NCBI GenBank assembly: GCA_963814585.1
Contig: CAWFDF010000003.1
Span: forward strand, 64,001 to 128,000
Length of the DNA stretch: 64,000 bases
Reading direction: 5' to 3'
Source: an uncultured delta proteobacterium
Lineage (GTDB): Bacteria > Myxococcota > Myxococcia > Myxococcales > Anaeromyxobacteraceae
The position numbers were made by a program, and so were the translations under genes. Shown piece after piece: positions 57,266 to 64,000 of this stretch (positions are counted from its first letter, which is position 1; every line of letters starts with the position of its first letter). The notes beneath the pieces are model-generated. The model was not told the origin of the DNA. It searched no databases and was given only the letters and a program-made list of their open reading frames with translations.

Positions 57266-59905
57266 TCAAGGCGCGGCGGAGGCCGCCAGGAAGGCGGAGA
57301 TGGCCCCCCGCTGGCGGGACCGCGCGGCGGCGCAGGCGTCGGCCTCCTCCAGCGCCGAGGCCAGCGCCTGCGGGGCCCCGTCGAACGGCACGGCGCGCGG
57401 CCCGAGGAACCTCGCCACCTCGGCTCGCCTCCCCGGCTCGCAGGCGACCGAGGCGGCCGTGGTGATGAGCCAGGTCCCCTCGTCGGACCTCAGCCTGGGC
57501 TGGAGCTCGGCCCAGCGCTCGACGAGGAAGCTCCAGGCCAGCCGGCGGGTGGCGCGTCCGGTGAGCGAGCGGTCGAGGATGGGCGCGGTGTCGCGCAGGT
57601 CGGCGCCGGGCGCGAGCACCTGCGCCAGGGCCGCCCTCGCCAGGGCCGGGTCCTCGAAGCCCCCCAGGGTGGCGAGCAGTCGCCCCCGCTCGGTCCGATT
57701 GGCGGTCCGGGCGGCCTCGGCCACGATGCGGTCGAAGAGCACCCGGTCGCCGCGGCGCGCCGCCACCTGGAGCGCCGGCCAGGCCACCTCGGCCGGCACC
57801 TGCCGGCGGTCGGCGAGCCAGCGCCCCGCCAGCGCCAGGGCCTCGCCGGCCAGCACCGACTCCTCGCCCGGCCCGGCCACCAGCGGGAGCAGCCGGCGCC
57901 GCAGGGCACGGCGCTCGTCGTCGTCGTCCGGTCGCGGCAGCCAGCCCAGCGTCCGGGCCCGCTCTCCCCAGGTGCGCCGGACGAAGGTGCGCCAGCGGGC
58001 CAGGTCGGCGTCGCCGAGCCAGGCCGGCTCCATCACCCCCGCCAGCTGGATCGAGCCCTCCACCAGCAGCCGGTCCGGCTCCAGCGCCAGCGGCGCCACC
58101 AGCCCGAGCGCATCGGCCACGGGCAGGTCGCCGCGCCGGGCCAGCAGCTCCGCGTCGGTGGTGAGCGCCAGCTTCTCGGCCGTGGTGAGGTGGGGCAGCA
58201 GCCGCGACGGCTCGGAGGGGGCCAGCGCCGAGAGGTGGTAGCCGGTGCCGCCGGCGTTGGGCCAGAGCCACTCCGGACAGAAGGGGAGCGCCAGCTCGCC
58301 GCGCGGATCGCCGGCCAGCCCGCAGATGGTGGCCTCCCGGTCGCCGGCCCCGGCCCGCAGGCAGACCGGCACCGTCCAGCGGCTGGCCCGGTCGCGCGAC
58401 CCGGTGGCGAGGAACCGCTCCTGCGTGAGGTCCACGGTGGCGCCCGAGCCGGTGCACCGGGCGCTGGCCCGCAGGAGCGGGACGCCGGGCTGGTCGAGGA
58501 AACCCACGAAGGAGGCCGCCACCGCCGGCCCGGCCGCCGCCGAGAGCGCCGCCAGGAAGTCCTCGCCGGTGGCCACCCCGTGGGCCCGGGCGTCGAGGTG
58601 GGAGCGGACCACGGCTCGCCAGCGCTCCCGGCCGAGGAACTCCTGGTACATGGTGAGCACCGCCGAGCCCTTGGCGTAGGTGATGCCGCCGTCGAAGGCG
58701 CCCTCGACGTCGTGGCGCGAGGCCACCGGCTGGCGCAGCCGCCTGGCCGAGGGGAGGACGTCGGCCTCCAGCCCCTGCGCCCGCCGCGACCAGCGCCCGC
58801 TCACCAGCGTCCGCCAGGCCGGCTCGAGCCGCTCGGTGACGTTGGCGTCCTCCCAGGTGGCGAACGCCTCGTTGAGCCAGAGGTCGTCCCACCAGGCCGG
58901 GGTGACGAGGTCCCCGTACCAGTGGTGGGCCAGCTCGTGGCCGGCGATGCTGGCGTAGGCCTCGCGCCGCTCGCGCGTCTCCTCGCCGGGCGGGATCAGG
59001 GCGAGCGGCTGGCCGAGGGCCACCAGCCCGGGGTGCTCCATGGTCCCCCAGGAGCGAGGCACCACCGCCACGTCGCACTTCTCGTAGGGGTAGGGGCGGC
59101 CGATCTCGGCCTCCAGGGCGTCGAGGAGGCGCGGCGTCGCCTCGACGGCGTGGCGGGTCTCGCCCCCGCGTCCCTTCGGCACCGCGAAGCGGATGGGCAC
59201 CCGGCCAGCCCCGCCCACGCCGCCGTCGACGAGGTCGAACGGCCCGACCACGAAGGCCACCAGGTAGGAGGGCAGCGGCCGGGTCTCCTCGAAGTCGATC
59301 CGCCGCAGCCCCCCCTCGTCGGTCTCGGCGCGGACGGCGCCGTTGGCCAGGGCCAGGTCGCCCGGCTTCACCCGGAGCGTGAGGCGCCAGGGGATCTTGG
59401 AGGAGGGCTCGTCGAAGCAGGGGAAGGCGCGGCGAGCGTCGGTGGGCTCGAAGAAGGTGTAGGCGTACCAGCGGTCCCCCTCCGAGACGGCGTAGAGGCC
59501 GCGCGAGAGGATCCGGTCGAAGGCGCCGGAGAAGGCCACCACCACCTCGGTCTCGCCGGCCGGCGCCGGCGCGCCGGGGGCCAGCCCGAGGAAGCCACCC
59601 GGCGCGGTGAGCCGCCTCGCCGGCCGCCCGCCCACGGTGGCGCTCGAGATCTCCAGCCCCTCGGCGTGGAGCCAGATGACGGCGCCGGGAGCGGTGAGCG
59701 TCACCTGGTAGCGCACCGTGCCGCGGTAGCGCTCCGCGGCCGGATCGACCGTCAGATCGAGGGCGCCGCGCGTGGGGCGAGCCGTGGTGGGCAGCCGCAG
59801 CGTGGGCGGGGCGGCGGCGGGTCGGCGCGCGGAAGGCGCCGCGGTGGGCGCGGCAGTGGGCGCGGCGGCGGCGACCAGCGCCGCCACGAGGAAGGCCAGG
59901 ATCAT
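57266..59905 (-). CDS. M1 family aminopeptidase with ERAP1-like C-terminus, secreted
   Basis: [47 protein letters not shown]. Confidence 0.92.
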   Translation of the reverse strand: MILAFLVAALVAAAAPTAAPTAAPSARRPAAAPPTLRLPTTARPTRGALDLTVDPAAERYRGTVRYQVTLTAPGAVIWLHAEGLEISSATVGGRPARRLTAPGGFLGLAPGAPAPAGETEVVVAFSGAFDRILSRGLYAVSEGDRWYAYTFFEPTDARRAFPCFDEPSSKIPWRLTLRVKPGDLALANGAVRAETDEGGLRRIDFEETRPLPSYLVAFVVGPFDLVDGGVGGAGRVPIRFAVPKGRGGETRHAVEATPRLLDALEAEIGRPYPYEKCDVAVVPRSWGTMEHPGLVALGQPLALIPPGEETRERREAYASIAGHELAHHWYGDLVTPAWWDDLWLNEAFATWEDANVTERLEPAWRTLVSGRWSRRAQGLEADVLPSARRLRQPVASRHDVEGAFDGGITYAKGSAVLTMYQEFLGRERWRAVVRSHLDARAHGVATGEDFLAALSAAAGPAVAASFVGFLDQPGVPLLRASARCTGSGATVDLTQERFLATGSRDRASRWTVPVCLRAGAGDREATICGLAGDPRGELALPFCPEWLWPNAGGTGYHLSALAPSEPSRLLPHLTTAEKLALTTDAELLARRGDLPVADALGLVAPLALEPDRLLVEGSIQLAGVMEPAWLGDADLARWRTFVRRTWGERARTLGWLPRPDDDDERRALRRRLLPLVAGPGEESVLAGEALALAGRWLADRRQVPAEVAWPALQVAARRGDRVLFDRIVAEAARTANRTERGRLLATLGGFEDPALARAALAQVLAPGADLRDTAPILDRSLTGRATRRLAWSFLVERWAELQPRLRSDEGTWLITTAASVACEPGRRAEVARFLGPRAVPFDGAPQALASALEEADACAAARSRQRGAISAFLAASAAP

Positions 59906-59911
59906 CCGGCC

Positions 59912-60322
59912 CTATGGGCGAGCCGGGGACTTCATGGACTCGACGAAGTGCAGGTCCATCCCCTTGATGTGGGCGTGGAGCCAGTCCTCGAGCCAGGCGA
60001 CCGTCTCGCGCAGGTCGATGCCCGGATCGGCGTCGAAGCGGGCGCGCAGCGCGGCCAGCCGCTCGAGGAGCTTGCGGTGCTCCTCCACGTGCGCCCCGTA
60101 CTGCTCGTAGGCGTCGAGCCGCATCAGCAGCTCCTCGCTCAGGAAGTGGACCTTGGAGGTGTCCTCGATGCGCCGCAGGAGCTCGTCGACCACGGCCCGG
60201 CCGCGGCCGGTCTCGACCGCGTCCCGCAGCACCGCCAGCAGCCGGCCCTGGAGCTGATGCTCCGAGTCGATGGTCCCGACGCCGAGCTCCATCTCCTTCT
60301 CCCACGCGCTCTTGGGCTCCAT
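59912..60322 (-). CDS. bacteriohemerythrin
   Basis: W...LGVGTIDSEH, HFLSEELLM, HVEEH, WLHAHIKGMD. Confidence 0.9.
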   Translation of the reverse strand: MEPKSAWEKEMELGVGTIDSEHQLQGRLLAVLRDAVETGRGRAVVDELLRRIEDTSKVHFLSEELLMRLDAYEQYGAHVEEHRKLLERLAALRARFDADPGIDLRETVAWLEDWLHAHIKGMDLHFVESMKSPARP

Positions 60323-60515
60323 GCCGTCCTCCCGGATCGGCGCCCAGTGTACGACGGCCGCCGGACCGCAAGCCACCGGGGATCGCGGCGGGCCGGGCGC
60401 CGGCGGCTCCCGCCCGGCCCCGGCTCACGGGGTGCGGCGCGGGCCGTGCCATACTCCCGGCCCGCCCCGGCGATCGGTGGCGGGCCCCGGTCTCCGGCCG
60501 GGAGGAGGAGCGAGC

Positions 60516-61049
60516 GTGGCACGCGTCAGCGTCATCGGCATCGGCAACGTCCTCGAGGGCGACGACGCCATCGGCCCGACCGTGGTGCGGGTCTTCGAGG
60601 CGCGCTACGCGGTCGCCGAGGACGTCTCGATCATCGACGGCGGCACGCCCGGCCTCGACCTCACCGCCTACATGATGGGGCTGGAGGGGCTGGTGGTGGT
60701 CGACGCCATCAAGACCAGGACCGGCGGCGCCGGCGACGTGAAGGTCTACGACAAGCAGGGGATCCTCAACCGCGGTCCCATGGTGGCCCTGAGCCCCCAC
60801 GAGCCGGGGCTGAGGGAGTCGATCCTCCACGCCGAGTTCCAGGGGGTCTCGCCCCCGGCCATCAGCCTGGTCGGCGTGGTGGCCGGCTCGATCGAGTTCG
60901 GCTGCCGGCTCACCCCCGAGGTCCGCGGCGCCATCGACGGCGCCGTCGAGGCGGTCCGCGTCGCGCTGGCGGGCATGGGGGTGCCCGCGGTGAGGCGCGA
61001 CCCGCCGCTCCCGCCCGACCTCTGGTGGGAGAAGCCGCAGCACCCGTGA
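60516..61049 (+). CDS. hydrogenase maturation protease (HyaD/HybD family)
   Basis: GIGNVLEGDDAIG, IDGGT, VVDAI, SPHE. Confidence 0.9.
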   Translation: MARVSVIGIGNVLEGDDAIGPTVVRVFEARYAVAEDVSIIDGGTPGLDLTAYMMGLEGLVVVDAIKTRTGGAGDVKVYDKQGILNRGPMVALSPHEPGLRESILHAEFQGVSPPAISLVGVVAGSIEFGCRLTPEVRGAIDGAVEAVRVALAGMGVPAVRRDPPLPPDLWWEKPQHP

Positions 61050-63393
61050 GCCCCGCGGCCGCAGCCGGCGGGGCGCCGCCGCGTTCCGGCGCCGGCCCCG
61101 TCGCCGGGCGCCGCCTCGCCGTCTCCGGCACCGTGCAGGGCGTCGGCTTCCGCCCCTTCGTCTTCCGCGCCGCCGAGCCGCTCGGGCTCACCGGCCGGGT
61201 CTGGAACGACGGCGACGGCGTCACCGTCGAGGCCTTCGGCCCCCCGGCTCGGCTCGACGAGCTGGCGCGCCGGCTCCGCGAGGAGGCGCCGCCCTCGGCA
61301 CGCGGTCGAGCGGCTCGAGGTCGCCACCCTCCCCGGCCTGCCGCCCGCCACCTTCGAGATCGCCCCCAGCGTGGCCGGCGGCGCCGCCGCGGGTGGCCAT
61401 CGGCGCCGACCTGGCCACCTGCGCGGCCTGCCTGGCCGAGCTGGCCGACCCGGCCGACCGGCGCCACCGCTACCCGTTCACCAACTGCACCGACTGCGGG
61501 CCGCGCTTCACCATCGCGCTGGGCGATCCCCTACGACCGGCCCGCCACCACCATGGCCGGCTTCACCATGTGCGCGGCCTGCGCGGCCGAGTACCACGAC
61601 CCGCGCGACCGGCGCTACCACGCCCAGCCCAACGCCTGCCCGGCCTGCGGGCCGCGCCTGGCGCTGCTGGACGCGCCGGGGCGCCCGCTGGCCGGCGACC
61701 CGCTCGCGCTGGCGGCGGCGGCGCTGCGCGCAGGGCCGGCTGCTGGCCGTCAAGGGGCTGGGCGGCTTCCACCTCTGCTGCGACGCCACCTCGCCCGGAG
61801 GCGGTGGCGCGAGCTGCGGCGGCGCAAGCGCCGCGACGAGAAGCCGCTGGCCGTGATGGTGGCCGACCTCGACGCGGCGGCGGCGCTGGCGGAGCTCGGG
61901 CCCGCCGAGGCGGACCCTGCTCGGCTCGGTGGAGCGCCCCATCGTCCTCTGCCGCCGGCGCCCGGGCGCGGCGCTGGCCGCCGGGCTGGCGCCCGGCAAC
62001 CCGCGGCTCGGCCTGCATGCTCCCCTACACGCCGCTCCACCACCTGCTGCTCGCCGAGGCCGGGCGCGCCGCTGGTGATGACCAGCGGCAACCTCTCCGA
62101 GGAGCCCATCGCCTTCGACGGACGCAGGAGGCCCTGGCCCGGCTCGGCGCGGTGGCCGACCTCTTCCTCATCCACGACCGGCCCATCGCCTCGCGCTGCG
62201 ACGACTCGGTGGCGCGGGTGGTGGCGGGGCGGCCGCTGGTGCTGCGCCGCTCGCGCGGCTGGGTGCCGCGGCCGGTGCGGGTGCGGCGCCGCTTCGCCCG
62301 CCCCACGCTGGGCGTCGGGGCGCAGCTCAAGAACGCCTGCTGCCTCGGGCGCGGCGACGAGGCGACGCTCGGGCCGCACGTCGGCGACCTCGACAACCTC
62401 GAGACCTACGCCGCCTTCGAGGCGGCGGTGGAGCGGCTGGAGACGCTTCCTCGAGCTCCGGCCCGAGGTGATCGGCTGCGACCTCCACCCGCTCTACCTC
62501 TCGACCCGCTACGCCCGGGAGCGGGCCGCCGCGCTGGGAGCCCGGCTGGTGGAGGTGCAGCACCACCACGCCCACGCCGCCTCGGCCATGGCCGAGCACG
62601 GGCTCGAGGGGCCGGTGCTGGCGCTCTGCTGGGACGGCACCGGGCTCGGCAGCGACGGCACCGCCTGGGGCGGCGAGCTGCTCCGCTGCTGGCCGGAGCG
62701 GTTCGAGCGGCTGGCCACCTTCCGCCCGCTGCCGCTCCCGGGCGGCGACCAGGCGGTCCGCGAGCCGTGGCGGGTGGCGCTGGCGGCGCTGCTCGACGCC
62801 TTCGACGGCGACGCCCCGCTCGACCTGCCGCTCTTCGCCGCCGTCGCCCGCCGCCGAGCTCGAGGTGGTGCGGCGCATGCTGGCCGGACGGTTCCACTCC
62901 CCGCCGGCCCACGGCGCGGGCCGGGCCTTCGACGCCGCCGCGGCGCTGGCGCTGGGCGCGCCCGGTGGCCCGCCACGAGGGGCAGCTGGCGCTGGCGCTC
63001 GACGGCGCGGCCGACGAGGCCGAGCCGGGGCGCTACCCGTTCGCGCTGGACCGATCGGGGCCGGTCACCCAGCTCGACCTGCGGCCGCTCTGGCGGGCGC
63101 TGGTGGCCGACCTGCGCTCCGGCGCCGGCGCCGGGGCTGGTCTCGGCCCGGTTCCACGCGGCGCTGGCGGCGGCGGGAGCCGAGCTGGTCGCGCCAGGCG
63201 GCCGCGCGGGACGGGCGGCTGCCGGTGGTCCTGACCGGCGGCTGCTTCCAGAACGACCGTTTGGCCGGAGCTGATCCGGGGAGAGCTTTCCGGCTCGTTC
63301 AGGGTATACCTCCACGGCCACGTCCCCCCCGGCGACGGTGGCCTGGCCCTCGGGCAGGCCCTGGTCGCCGACGCGGTGGCGCGCGGCGGGTGA
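61046..63393 (+). CDS. hypF: carbamoyltransferase HypF, many frameshifts (likely assembly errors)
   Basis: GTVQGVGFRPFV, CAAC...YPFTNCTDCGPRF, HAQPNACPACGP, KGLGGFHL, MTSGN, QHHHAH, DGTG, PPGDGGLALGQ in shifting frames. Confidence 0.9.
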
Positions 63394-63408
63394 AGAAGGG
63401 AGCAGGTC

Positions 63409-63705
63409 ATGTGTCTCGGCGTCCCCGGCAAGGTGCTGGCCATCGACGGCCTGGTGGCGACCGTCGACTTCTTCGGCGTCAGGAAGGAGCTGCGCCTCGA
63501 CATCGTCGACGAGCCGGTCACGGTCGGCGACTACGTGCTCAACCACGTCGGGTACGCCATCCGCCGCATCCCGCCCGACGAGGTGCAGGAGACGCTGGCC
63601 CTCTTCGAGCAGATCCTCGACGTCTCCGGCGCCCGCGAGGACCTGATGGCCGCCGACGTGCGCGGGGAGATCGCCGCCGGCGCCAGGGCCAAGGACCCGT
63701 CCTAG
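63409..63705 (+). CDS. hypC: hydrogenase maturation chaperone HypC
   Basis: MCLGVPGKV...VGDYVLNHVGYAI. Confidence 0.95.
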   Translation: MCLGVPGKVLAIDGLVATVDFFGVRKELRLDIVDEPVTVGDYVLNHVGYAIRRIPPDEVQETLALFEQILDVSGAREDLMAADVRGEIAAGARAKDPS

Positions 63706-63708
63706 GAC

Positions 63709-64000
63709 ATGGCGAAGGACCTGACGCTGGAGCTGAAGTTCCGCGATCCGGCCAAGGCCCGCGCCCTGGTCGAGGCCATGCAGCGCAACCTCGACGCCAT
63801 CGGGCGCGAGGTCTCGGTGATGCACGTCTGCGGCAGCCACGAGCAGGCCATCGCCCGCTTCGGGCTGCGCGCGGTGCTGCCGAGGCAGCTGCAGCTGATC
63901 ATGGGTCCGGGCTGCCCGGTCTGCGTCACCGACGGCCCGGAGGTGGACGAGGCGGTGGCGCTGGCCGGCCAGGGGGTCCGGGTCTGCACCTACGGGGACA
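63709..64000 (+). CDS. hypD: hydrogenase maturation protein HypD (3' truncated by window edge)
   Basis: MHVCGSHE, GPGCPVCVT, TYGD. Confidence 0.93.
   Translation, partial: MAKDLTLELKFRDPAKARALVEAMQRNLDAIGREVSVMHVCGSHEQAIARFGLRAVLPRQLQLIMGPGCPVCVTDGPEVDEAVALAGQGVRVCTYGD

Noticed and set aside
54633..63274. Very long ORFs in the track (e.g. 54633-61043 2136 aa, 58190-63274, 7704-11045, 1306-4251, and the 5' extension of 4926-11027)
   Set aside because: Arg/Pro/Gly-rich shadow frames caused by very high GC; they overlap well-supported genes, and only sub-segments (kinase, AddA-like, hypF pieces) are real

Overview
This is a very GC-rich bacterial window. Gene content and style suggest an Anaeromyxobacter-like myxobacterium (inference). 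It is probably a long-read or MAG assembly, because conserved genes (topA, hypF, an MMPL transporter, a beta-CASP nuclease) carry scattered frameshifts. From left to right: a VIT-vWA / ECF-sigma / small-protein operon; TY-Chap, HD hydrolase and AddAB-like helicase-nuclease genes; two lipoproteins; egtD/egtB; LysR, PAP2 and beta-CASP genes; a 14 kb redox/sulfur region; a BstABC-like lipid transport triad; a decayed defence island; topA and ettA; kinase/cyclase genes; carbonic anhydrase, M1 peptidase and hemerythrin; and the start of a hydrogenase maturation operon. The 22.6-37 kb region holds the two best candidates for undescribed systems, and they are interleaved. (1) A candidate RiPP/organoarsenic pathway: an unannotated 33-aa Cys-rich peptide (MKLLTKVKAGCCAPEQVAQCCAKASRLVSGCHD, 34552-34653, missing from the ORF track), a 60-aa four-Cys protein, a thioredoxin, an ArsM-like methyltransferase fused in frame to a radical SAM/SPASM enzyme, and a truncated DUF5714-like gene. 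(2) A sigma54-controlled sulfur-oxyanion module: octaheme tetrathionate reductase (OTR), an OTR paralogue fused to cytochrome b, and a split YeeE transporter whose second half carries a Cys-less rhodanese domain ending in a SoxY-like GGCG arm. No rRNA, tRNA or CRISPR array was seen. All family assignments come from motif recognition by eye, not database searches.
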